A DNA stretch of 63,731 nucleotides, counting the filler, from Octopus bimaculoides (lineage: Eukaryota): the NCBI RefSeq assembly GCF_001194135.2. It is 7 parts of 5 records of this genome, joined end to end, with 100 filler letters (N's around TTAATTAATTAA, not from the genome) between each part and the next. Parts side by side here need not be neighbours in the genome. Positions count along the whole stretch, not along the records: positions 34,971 to 56,661 come from NC_069007.1; 6 more parts are not named here. One strand, 5' to 3'. The notes under the pieces were generated by a model. It ran no database searches. It was not told the origin of the DNA and worked only from the letters and a program-made list of their open reading frames with translations. Made by a program: the position numbers and the translations under genes. Of this stretch, positions 38,623-50,649 are shown one piece after another; positions within the stretch are counted from its first letter, which is position 1; every line of letters starts with the position of its first letter.

Positions 38623-39321
38623 ATATATTTAAAGTCAAGTGTGCATACACGCACACAAAGTTCTTTATCCATTTACTTAACTCCTTAAGATCCTCCTTTT
38701 TTTCTCTTTCTCCTTTTTCTCTTCTCTTTCCCATTCCAATTTAACTCTCTCTATCTCGGGTTCTCTCTATATTCTCTTCCTTTTTCTCACTTTCACAACT
38801 CTCTCTCTCTATCTCTCTCCACTTTTTTTTTCCTTTTCATTCCACCTGTCCAACAGCTCACTTTTACTCTTTCAAACCAATTCGTGTCACGTTATCCCAT
38901 TTTGTCCTCCCCACTCCGTTTCAACTACATGTCTTCATTTTCTACTTTAGAAAGTTCCTTACCCTTTGTCTCAGCACCTGTCTTTCTAGAGAGAGAGAGA
39001 GTAATAAGTGGGAGTGTGTGAGCGTGTTATATATATATGTATATATATATGGAAATCTTTCGGTAAAAGTCTATGTCGTTATGGGTGAATCTGTGACATC
39101 ATCTTACTCGACAAAGCTGAACACTCGTTAATGACAGACAAAATCGTCATTAATATATATGTATGTGTATGTATGTATGTATGTATGTATATTTAAATCT
39201 CTACCAAATATTTGGTAAAATATTGTACCTGTTATCAAAGTAGCAAAATTCTCACTTGAAAAGTTGTTTATACTTTGTTTAAATATAAAGACTTTCAATT
39301 ATGTGATACAATTTTGGGTAC

Positions 39322-39415
39322 ATATCGATTTAAATAAGAGCCATAAGGCAATCCTATAGGATATTAAACAAGTTTTATTACAAGATTGCGTTATGGCTCT
39401 TATTTAAATTGATAT
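39322..39415. repeat. Inverted repeat, 32-bp arms (30/32), 30-bp spacer
   Basis: atatcgatttaaataagagccataaggcaatc / gattgcgttatggctcttatttaaattgatat. Confidence 0.9.
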
Positions 39416-42148
39416 ATATATATGTATGTATGTATATTTAAATCTCTACNNNNNNNNNNGTTCACTCCCCTCCTTGGACACCTTTCATTCATCCACTCCC
39501 AGTCTGTTTTTTTAGTATACTTAACTCTATTTCAACCCTATTTTTTTTACTTTCTACTCTCATGTATAAGAAATGAAATTGAAAAAACAAAACAAAAGAC
39601 AATGTCTAAAAGAAAAAAAGGGAACGAACAACCCAAGGACAGCAACGTGCAACATGGTTATTTCGTTGTATAAAAAGTGAAGCAATACAAATTTCTTGAT
39701 AGTCGAAAAGACAAAAAAAAAAAAAAAGGGATTATGAGTGTGACAAAGTTACCTGATAAAGTTTAGTGCGAGAATAATTATTTTTCCTGTGTAATCCGAT
39801 GACAACCGGTCCGTTAAGTGTCACCAACTCGACGGCCAGCAAGTGGTCTTGCTGATTAGAGGAGGGAAAAGTAAGGAAAAGTAATTAAAGGAGAGAGAGA
39901 GAGGGGGGGAGAGTAGCAGAGATAGGAGGTGATAGAAACACAGAATATGATGGAGAAGGAGAGAGGTTATGGACTTGTGTGTCTGTGGTAATATGTGTGC
40001 ATAAGAGAGGGCAATAGATGCATGTTATCGTCGACCTTAAGCGTATTGAAATGTAAAGTATATAAAGGAGAGTGGTGGAGGCGCAATGGCCCAGTGGTTA
40101 GGGCAGCGGACTCGCGGTTTCGATTCCCAGACTGGGCATTGTGAGTGTTTATTGAGCGGAAACGCCTATAAGCTCCAAATCGACCTTATGACTTATTTTT
40201 TAAAACCAAGTACTCGCTCTATCGGTCTACCCTTTTGGTAAATTTTTATATTAACACCCGCACGATTTTCACATAGAATAAAAGAAAACAACTCGGATTT
40301 TTTTGCCTGGAATCAAGTACCCTGACCTCCTAATATGCTGCAAATCTCTTATTTTAATTCGGAAGAGGGGGCGAAGGGGAACCTTCCTCTCCATCCCGGA
40401 AACTGGAATTTTTTTTTTTTCTTTTTTCGTTGACTGAATTTCTGTGACCTCCTAATATACTACGAAACCCTTTTGAGGGCCAATAAAAACGAGGTGGGGG
40501 TGAGGTGGAAGCCTCGGAAATTTCACCTTCCACTCCATTGATCTTTTCACCCGCACGATTTTCACTGAGGAAAAAAAAATATAAATAAAAATCGCGCCCA
40601 AACTAAGAAAGACGGGGGAAAAAANNNNNNNNNNNNNNNNNNNNNNNNNNNNNNNNNNNNNNNNNNNNNNNNNNNNNNNNNNNNNNNNNNNNNNNNNNNN
40701 NNNNNNNNNNNNNNNNNNNNNNNNNNNNNNNNNNNNNNNNNNNNNNNNTCCGATCTTAGTATCTTTCAAAAACATCAAAATTTATAGACTATATCTTGCG
40801 TGTTTAAGAAATAAAAAGCATTTTTTACCGGTCTTTTTTTGCCGAACCACTAATTGGGACGAAAACACACCTACACAAGCTGACAAGCTGTGGTGGGGGA
40901 CAAAGATACACACACATAGACATACATGCATATATACCAAGGGCTTCTTTCAGTTTCTGTCTATCAGATCCACTCACAAGGCTTTGGTGGACCCGAGGCT
41001 ATAGTAGAAGGCATTTTGCTCAACGTTTCGGCTGATATACCCTCCAGCCTTCATCAGGTGTCTTGGGGAAATTTCGAACCTGGGGTTTCATTCCCAAGGT
41101 ATTTTTCGATATTATTATTATTATTATTCAGGTCACTGTCTGGAATTGAACTCGGAATCTTGGGGTTAGTAACCCATGCTCTTAACCACTATGCCATATG
41201 CCCAAGCAGCGATCGGACATTGGAGACTCAGAGTTATAATTTGTGAAGTTTAAGGTTCTAAAACCGCATTTAATATTTAGGTAGTCTGACAGAAAAATGC
41301 ATGCACATATACACTGATTCACAATAGAAATTTAGACATACATACTCACACACACACTGTCTCTCTCTTTGTCTCCTTTATAAACGCAAATTCTTTTTCT
41401 CCCTCACATATACATACACACACATCTACATGTTTACGTGTGCAGACACTAACGTATCGGTGTATACACATACTCAATGTCTTCTTGTGAGATTTGTTGA
41501 CATAAACCGGGTCTTCAGCAGTACCCCTCTTCCTCCTCTGTAACAGTACCACCCATAATCATTTCCTTTCTTTTATTCTGTTTTTAACCGTCACCCCATA
41601 TTTGTGTCATCTCCTCCTCTGTCACCCCATTCACCTCTTCTTTTCTTCTCACTCACCAAACTTCTTACTAGGTTATTTTTCTTTAATGTATATTAGAGAG
41701 TGAAACTACAAAAAGTGGGTGAATGGTAGTTGAGTCTTATAGAGACTGTTTAAAGATAGAGGGGAGAAGAAAGGCACAAATGGATTGAATTGGAACACTA
41801 ACAGAAGGGAAAGGACATGATGAAATACTACCAATTATGTAAATCAGGATATCTCTGATGTGATCAATCAATCTGCTAGAAAATAGCAGCCAAATACCAC
41901 TAAAATTAAACATTACCGTTTTTTAAAATGTAGTTTACATTACTCCATTGAAATATTCCATTAAACTAAGATATGGTAAGGTGTCAAAAATATTTTGGTA
42001 TCAATAAAGACACAGATTGGACATTGCTCATTCATAGGACACTTGATAACCTTAGTGGCCATTTACATTTAATATAGTATGTTTAATATAATGATCTGAG
42101 GTAGCATGATTGTCCCATAGTCATTATAAACAACAATATTTCGTAAAT

Positions 42149-42283
42149 GCAGTGAGCTGGCATAAATGGTAGCACGCCGGGCGAAATGCTTAGCTGCATT
42201 TCATCTGTCTTTATGTTCTGAGTTCAAATTCCGCCAAGGTCGACTTTGCCTTTCATCCTTTCAGGGTCGATAAATTAAGTACC
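42149..42283 (+). mobile_element. SINE-A 5' part (3'-truncated)
   Basis: Head and core match, ending at ttaagtacca. Confidence 0.82.
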
Positions 42284-42724
42284 AGGAGAGATGAACACCA
42301 AGTCTTCAGAGAAGAAATGCCCCTCAGGCAAATGTTTTCAGCCCTTAACTTCTTATACTCTCAGGGTGCTGGGCCACACCTAGGTCATGACTTTCAGGTG
42401 CCCTACTGACATTTTTAGCCACTTGGATATCGGAAACATTGTATGGAGATTTTGTTGACAAGATCTTNNNNNNNNNNNNNNNNNNNNNNNNNNNNNNNNN
42501 NNNNNNNNNNNNNNNNNNNNNNNNNNNNNNNNNNNNNNNNNNNNNNNNNNNNNNNNNNNNNNNNNNNNNNNNNNNNNNNNNNNNNNNNNNNNNNNNNNNN
42601 NNNNNNNNNNNNNNNNNNNNNNTGTACAAATTTCTATCAACAGTGTAGATGTCATTGGTAATATGGTTTGACTTCTGGCGTTGGTTTTCAGATGCCTTAT
42701 ATGCTGAAGCAATGCACAGCTGTT

Positions 42725-43030
42725 CATTGAAGAGAAACCGTTGGGCTGGCGGATTTCAAAGATATAGCTCCCCCCCCCCAGATCATCACAGATCCTCCTC
42801 CATGTTTAACAGTTGGAAGAAGGCAGTCTGGGTCAAATGCTTCTTTTGGCTGTCTTCACATGTATACTCAGCCAGTGGTCAGAAATAAGGTAAAGGATGA
42901 CGTGTCTGAGAAAATAACATTCTTCCACTGCTTTAGGGACCAATTCTGTAGGTTTTTACTCCACTCTAAACGCTTTGCAACATTTGTTTTTGAAAGTAGC
43001 GGTTTTCTGATAGCAGCCCTCCCAGCGAAC
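42725..43030 (-). mobile_element. Internal fragment of the same Tc1 family as 11900-13049
   Basis: ORF 42868-43062 reads GRAAIRKPLLSKTNVAKRLEWSKNLQNWSL...IFSDTSSF, nearly identical to the translation of ~12299-12430. Confidence 0.92.
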
Positions 43031-43672
43031 AGTTTTTGTGGAATTTTAGCCAATTTCCTCAAAGTTATGTGCGCAAACTTTGGATCTGGTGAATTTTCCG
43101 AAGTCCTCTCCCCACCCCTTCGGAAAAGATTTTACCCACAAATTTCTTTATAACCGTAATGTATGCCGTTTGAAAGGTATTTCTATAAAATTTCCTTTAA
43201 AAAAAACTCCATTTTCTTAAAAGTTATGAGAGAAAAACTCGGATCTTGTGAATTTTCCGAAGCCCTCTCCCGACCCCACCATTGCTTTCCGCGCATTTTT
43301 GCTTTCAAATTCATTTCCTACAAATTTTTTTTACATCCGTTTTATTTCTTTTTCCTTATTTCGTTTCCGGGTAATATTGTAAACATTAACCCAATTTTTT
43401 AGTGGGGAGATAACCTATTTTAATGATATTTTTTCTGAATGGGGTGTGATAATCAACAAATACCGAATTGTAAGTGTCACGGGTACTGACACATTAAAAG
43501 ATAGATAGAGAGAGAGTGAGTGAGTGATGGGGAGTGTGAGACATGATAATTAGAGAGTGACGTTAGTTCGAAAGAGACGAAGTAAGCGGTGAAATTGTAA
43601 AGAAAGTGCTTGTTTGTTCTTTACTTTAAGCGAGTCTTAGGCATAACACCAGCAAAAGATAAATCACAAACA

Positions 43673-43787
43673 ATGTCGGAGTTATTACATTATTTCGGTA
43701 GTATTGCTGCTATAGATTTCGGTATTCAGTGGGCTGTATGGTCGGTGTCAGCTGCTTTGAAAACTGATAAGTTTTACGATTGTACAG
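43673..43787 (+). CDS. DUF1295 gene coding exon 1 (MSELL...KFYDCT-G)
   Basis: ATG at 43673 in context acaATG (A at -3); donor acag|GTGCGT at 43788; phase 1. Confidence 0.88.
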
Positions 43788-44444
43788 GTGCGTATAAATT
43801 ACTTGTATGTGTGTTTATGTACTTAAAGACGAGGTAACATAGGCATAGCTACAGATGAATTTAAGTGGACTCTGTTGGAATTTCCGAAAATTGTCCCCCA
43901 CCCCCATTCCAACACATATTCGGATTCTACATAGTAAATACTATATGCATAGAAAATTTCATTAAAAAATATTCATTTTTCTGAAAGTTATGACCTCCCA
44001 AAAAGTCTTGGGGGTAAAACCCTGTAGTTATGCCGGTAACATAACGGTAGGAATATGTAATTATTATTATTTAAAACATTTTTGATTCGGCTCCGTGTTT
44101 TAAAATATACTTTACTTCTATTAAAATGCATTAAATGCCTTTTTCTTTCGTTTGTCCACTCACTATNNNNNNNNNNNNNNNNNNNNNNNNNNNNNNNNNN
44201 NNNNNNNNNNNNNNNNNNNNNNNNNNNNNNNNNNNNNNNNNNNNNNNNNNNNNNNNNNNNNNNNNNNNNNNNNNNNNNNNNNNNNNNNNNNNNNNNNNNN
44301 NNNNNNNNNNNNNNNNNNNNNNNNNNNNNNNNNNNNNNNNNNNNNNNNNNNNNNNNNNNNNNNNNNNNNNNNNNNNNNNNNNNNNNNNNNNNNNNNNNNN
44401 NNNNNNNNNNNNNNNNNNNNNNNNNNNNNNNNNNNNNNNNNNNN

Positions 44445-44478
<34 letters not shown>

Positions 44479-47400
44479 TTGAATAATAATATACTGCTCT
44501 AAAACTTAGAGCATGCTTCTATTTCAGATTTATGTTTTACCGACAATCTCATAGGAATATTTTTATCCAATATTTTTAATATATTATATTTTGAAGAGAT
44601 ATTTCTTCAGTAAATATATTATATAAACTATCGTAAAATATCAAAGATTATTATCTGTTTACCTTATTATCGAGTTAGAAACAGAGATCTAATGGATACA
44701 AATTAATTTATCAATTAATATTGTATGCATTAGATCTCTCTGTTTTCTAACTCGATAATACGTTCATAACGGAATGTTACGTAACGATTGCAAATCAAAT
44801 GGTGTCTGTTGATTATTAAATTACTAATGTTTTATTAATACATAACTTGACTAGTGTAAAAGAATGAATAAAATAAGTAGAGTAAAAAAAAAAAATATTA
44901 GTAAATGGGTAACTATGTAACATTACTTCAAGTGCAACTCACACAGGGACACAGAAGTGTCCGGCATTACCGCAAATTGTGGCTTTAAAAGCCACAGTCC
45001 TTGCATATTAGAATGAATAAACCTCTTTCTGCATACTGGTAGGCACACTTGTTTGAAAGGTTTGCAAAGACATGTAGGAAGCTTATGAGTCTAGAGCCAC
45101 AGGTAGAAAGCACGTGTTTTTTTAAAATAGTGATGGTCTACCTTGACCGTCAATGGATAGCTAAGTCTCTGGTATAAAATATAAAATGACTTTAAATTAG
45201 TAGCAGTGTCCGATGTTCAAGTGGCTGAGAAGTGTCAGCAGAAAGGCACCCAATAATTTAGTTAAGGACGAAACACTTGCGTCAGGTAGTAGTGGTGGGC
45301 TTCTTCTCCGAAGACCCCCTCCCCTGTAGTTTAGCTGTTCCGAGAGTTTATTGCATTAACATTAGGTTTGACTTTTCTGACTTAGTCCTTTTTGGGGGTG
45401 AAAAGCTAAATTCTTTATATCTATTTGTCCATGTGTACACTTTGTACCTACATAGGCTACACAAACACACGCACACATATAGTTAGAGAGAGAAACGTAT
45501 GTGTGCTAGATAAAAACTTTTTTGATAAGGCTGAAACAAAAGGAATGAAATACAGGTACTACTAAAGCAGCGCGGACACGCGACTGCGCGTTCGGGTCCG
45601 CGCTGCTTTAGTAGTACCTGAAATACAAAGTGAACTGTAAAATAAGTCGTTAGTCAGATATCCTATTCCATCCCTCACTTCTCTGCTTGTCCTGGGCATT
45701 TTGTCTGGCGTGTGAACGATGCTGTAAGCTTCCCACCGGAAACATCAGAATATAAAACTTCACCTGTTTTGTTTTCACTTTGTACTTCCTTTCGTATTGT
45801 TTCGGCTTTATCTGAAGTATTTCGTATGTGTATTTGGTGTGCAAGATTCTTGATGTGAATACGTGTGTTGAAAGAAATACAATTAAACCTTGGGAGAGGC
45901 ATTATGCCGGTAATAAACACACGCACTGGTTCAGTCCTTTATTAATTTATAAACAGTATTTAGTTTTTTTTTGTTTGTTTTTTTGTTAAATCATTTCATT
46001 GCAATCTCTTCAGTAACTTGTCTCTCCACTTCCATATATTTTGTTTTGATTTATTTTTCATAGAATGTAATAATCACAGAATGCTTCACCCTAACTATTT
46101 TAATGTGTGTGTGTGTGTGTGTGTGTTTTATATTTAAAAACTCAACCTAATTGTTTCGGCGGAGTTTGGGAATAGCTTTCACGACCTGGAGCAAAGATTT
46201 AAAATTATTGTAGAAAAAATGGAAGTGAAGCGTAATCNNNNNNNNNNNNNNNNNNNNNNNNNNNNNNNNNNNNNNNNNNNNNNNNNNNNNNNNNNNNNNN
46301 NNNNNNNNNNNNNNNNNNNNNNNNNNNNNNNNNNNNNNNNNNNNNNNNNNNNNNNNNNNNNNNNNNNNNNNNNNNNNNNNNNNNNNNNNNNNNNNNNNNN
46401 NNNNNNNNNNNNNNNNNNNNNNNNNNNNNNNNNNNNNNNNNNNNNNNNNNNNNNNNNNNNNNNNNNNNNNNNNNNNNNNNNNNNNNNNNNNNNNNNNNNN
46501 NNNNNNNNNNNNNNNNNNNNNNNNNNNNNNNNNNNNNNNNNNNNNNNNNNNNNNNNNNNNNNNNNNNNNNNNNNNNNNNNNNNNNNNNNNNNNNNNNNNN
46601 NNNNNNNNNNNNNNNNNNNNNNNNNNNNNNNNNNNNNNNNNNNNNNNNNNNNNNNNNNNNNNNNNNNNNNNNNNNNNNNNNNNNNNNNNNNNNNNNNNNN
46701 NNNNNNNNNNNNNNNNNNNNNNNNNNNNNNNNNNNNNNNNNNNNNNNNNNNNNNNNNNNNNNNNNNNNNNNNNNNNNNNNNNNNNNNNNNNNNNNNNNNN
46801 NNNNNNNNNNNNNNNNNNNNNNNNNNNNNNNNNNNNNNNNNNNNNNNNNNNNNNNNNNNNNNNNNNNNNNNNNNNNNNNNNNNNNNNNNNNNNNNNNNNN
46901 NNNNNNNNNNNNNNNNNNNNNNNNNNNNNNNNNNNNNNNNNNNNNNNNNNNNNNNNNNNNNNNNNNNNNNNNNNNNNNNNNNNNNNNNNTCTTAAAGGGG
47001 AAAATTTCTATTTTATTTAAAATAAAATAATCTTTATCATCTTAATCAAAAGGCAGAAAAACAGAGAGAGGCTATCTCTTTATAGATGAAGATCAGTTGC
47101 AATGGGAGGAGCTGAATCTCATAAGAATAGAGAAACAAACAGCAAATGGGTTGTACCTTATAATGAAACTCTTAAAAGCATTCAAATGTCACTGCAATGT
47201 TGAAATCCTTGCCTCAGTGAGGTCAATTAAGTACGTCATCAAGTGCACGCTGAAAGGAAATGACCATGTTGCTGTTCAAATAAATAATGATAATCAAATT
47301 AGTCAATATCTAATGGTTAGGTATATTGAACCATCCGAAGCAGTTGCATCCTTTTGTGGGATCTTCAATTCATGAAAGAGCCCCTGTAATAATGAGGCTA

Positions 47401-47792
47401 CAAGTTCATTTGCCAGATAAACAAAGAATATTGCTCAGAAATAACGAGGATATATATAGCTGTCAATGAACAACATTGACAGAATTCTTTTCATTGTGCA
47501 TCAATGATGACTTTGCAAAAACATTACTTTATGCTGAAGTACCCATGTATTTCACTTTGAACAAAGAATGGCAAAGAAGAAAGTGGGGAAAATATGTTGA
47601 AAGTCATTTGAACATTTTCAAAGAAGAAACACTTAGTCATGATTGTGTTGTCACACCAAAGGCAGGAGAACTGTATTATTTAAGAATTTTATTGTATGAA
47701 GTTTGGAATAGGATTTTTTCCTTTCTCGCTGCACATTGACATTTTCAACTTGGAGTGGTTGTGACTCAACAGATCATGGTGGGTTCATCTAG

Positions 47793-47827
<35 letters not shown>

Positions 47828-49912
47828 CATCATCATTGTTTAACGTTCGCTTTCTATGCTAGCATGGGTTGGACGATTTGACTGAGGACTGGTGAACCAG
47901 ATGGCTACACCAGGCTCCAATCTGATTTGGCAGAGTTTCTACAGCTGGATGCCCTTCCTAATGCCAACCACTCCGAGAGTGTAGTGGGTGCTTTTACGTG
48001 CCACCAGCACGAAGGCCAGTCAAGCTGTACTGGCAACGGCCACACTCAAAATGGTGTATTTTACGTGCCACCTTCACAGGAGCCAGTCCAGCGGCACTGG
48101 CAACGATCTCACCCGAATGTCTTTACATGTGCCAGGAAGGCAACGCTGGGCACAGGTGCCATCACGATTTCGCTTTCACTTGCCCCAACAGGTCTTCGCA
48201 AGCTGAGTTCCGTGTCTAATGAAGGAGACCGCTATGAGAAATAACTCAACTTTTAGATCTAGAAATCTCACACTCTCTATCTGCCACCATCAGCTTTTAT
48301 TTAGCACACTCTTTCTCTGTATATATATTAACTCTCATGCATTGTTTTCATTCAAATGAATGATGCTAGTCATGCATAAAGATGTCAGTTGAATGAGTGA
48401 TGACAGCAAAGTAAGAGACAGCAGGTTCATCATTTAAATGTGTGATAATAAATGACACACTACATAAATCAATTTGTTGTATTTGCAGGTCTTTCAACAT
48501 TTATCCTCTTGGCTTGTGTGAGTTTGAAATGGGGCAAATCTATGTTTGTCAGACAGCAGGTACAGACTGGAATGGTATGTGCGTGGGCAACACGGTGAGT
48601 AAAATATCTATACTGTTTACATTGTTCACATTGTTTACATTGATAGACAGAAACTTCAAGAAATCTATAGTATTTCTAGTAAGGCAACTTCAGAAATATT
48701 TAACCAAAAGCAAACCACGGTACTTGGCATTCATTGAGTTGGAGTAAGCTTTCAACAAAATCCTTCACTCTGTGATCTGGTGTCACTGTGAATGCCACTT
48801 GTGGATTGAATGATTGATGAGAGATGTGGCCAAGATCAAGAAGGAAGATCTTCCCAGGGACACAGTGTGGAATGCATGTGCTGGGTTTTGGAGCTGTCTT
48901 GAGGTTGTGGTAGAAGCTGAGAGTGGTTACTTTGAGTAAACTGTTATACATCATCATCCTCCTCCTCATCATCATCATTGTCCAGTGTTTTACATCCCAG
49001 CCGTAATCTAATTGATGTTTTTTTAATTTTTGGTTGAGTCATTGTGTTTTTTTTCTTCTTTTTATGCAAGCTGTTGAATTTAGCTCAAACAACCTGTACA
49101 AGCATTTGTCTATTCAGCTTTCTGATGAGAATGTATCAGTCTGGCTTGTTTGCTTGCTAGATTGACAAGTGATCAGATTGCTGGCTGAATGGTTTCCTNN
49201 NNNNNNNNACAACAAAACTACAAAGGATTCCGCGGTACACGTGTTTCAAGCTCTACATGTGTATAATATAATATAACATAATATAATATGTGTATAATCT
49301 ACAATGTAAAGCTATCTTCAGCCGCAAAAATTATCTCTCTCCCTGGAAATTATACCATCTCAACGTTGAAGTAAGAAGAAATGTGTGATGTAAGAGGTGA
49401 CGATCCTTTCGGTATTTTGTATAGTACTATATCTGGTATAATTCTCCACCCGGACATAATCTCTCCGGTCCTTCGAAAACCTTCCAACGATTCCGCGGAA
49501 TCCTTTGTAGTTTTGTTGTTTCTTTTTTCTTTTGGATTTACAATTTATTCCTTCACCGCAACCACTAGCTGGAATACACAGGTGCTTACAATTGTCAAGT
49601 ATTACCTCTAATTTTCAATTTACCTATATATATAATATATAGTTTTAGAGAAAAGAACTAAAGTTAATTATTATTATCTTTATCTTGTGATTTTTACTTT
49701 GTATTATATTATACTTATTTATTGTGCTTTTACTAATTAATTTTTCTATATGTGACAGTGGATTTTCATCGATGAGTTCATGAACCTTGGTTCTTTTCCC
49801 TAAAACTATATATTTATATATATTTTATACTGTGAAACTTAATTTAATTTTAGTTTTTGATCAATTGAATTTAATTGAGTTTTTACCTGTAAATTTGGAT
49901 TTTTATCCCTAA

Positions 49913-49943
<31 letters not shown>

Positions 49944-50606
49944 TATATAAATATATAATATATTTCATTAGGCTTGGTGTCTACCTGGTAAGGAGGATAA
50001 TGAAGGCAGGATCTGACTCCCGTTTTGATATTGTCAAAAGAAGGCCATTAAAATTCTTAATATACTGGACAGTACAAGGTAAATGACTATTTCTTCAGAG
50101 TTTAAGATTTTTCAGCAAGGTACCTACCCAACCTTGCTACAAGTAAAAAAAAAAATCAAATTGAAGAAATGGATGATGGTATTGGTCTGAGAAAAACTTT
50201 CTCTCTCTGAAGTGGACATTTCAAAACATGAAATATTGTTTTACCTCATAGGTAATGTAAAAAGTGCATTGCTAACACAGCAGAACATGATATTGACTTA
50301 TAAAAACATTTAATATACTTCATAGTATATTACAGTTGCATAAAGAAACATCATGTAACTACAAGTCATGTTTTGATTTATCTCCAACAGGTGTCTGGAT
50401 TCTGTTTACTTTGATGCCAACTTTAATTCTGAATTATAAAACTGTTGACAAACCTATTGGATATCAAGATTATGCTGGCTGGACACTATGGGCAATTGGA
50501 TTTTTGTTTGAATCCATCGCAGATTACCAGAAATCTAAATTTCGAGCAAAACCATCAAACAAGGTACACATTACTTTTGTTCTCTCTATCTTCAGCAGAT
50601 AATATG

Positions 50607-50649
<43 letters not shown>

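Noticed and set aside
43610-43672. Upstream in-frame extension from TTG at 43610
   Set aside because: Non-ATG start; the ATG at 43673 has good context and gives a plausible-length DUF1295 protein. Probably 5' UTR.
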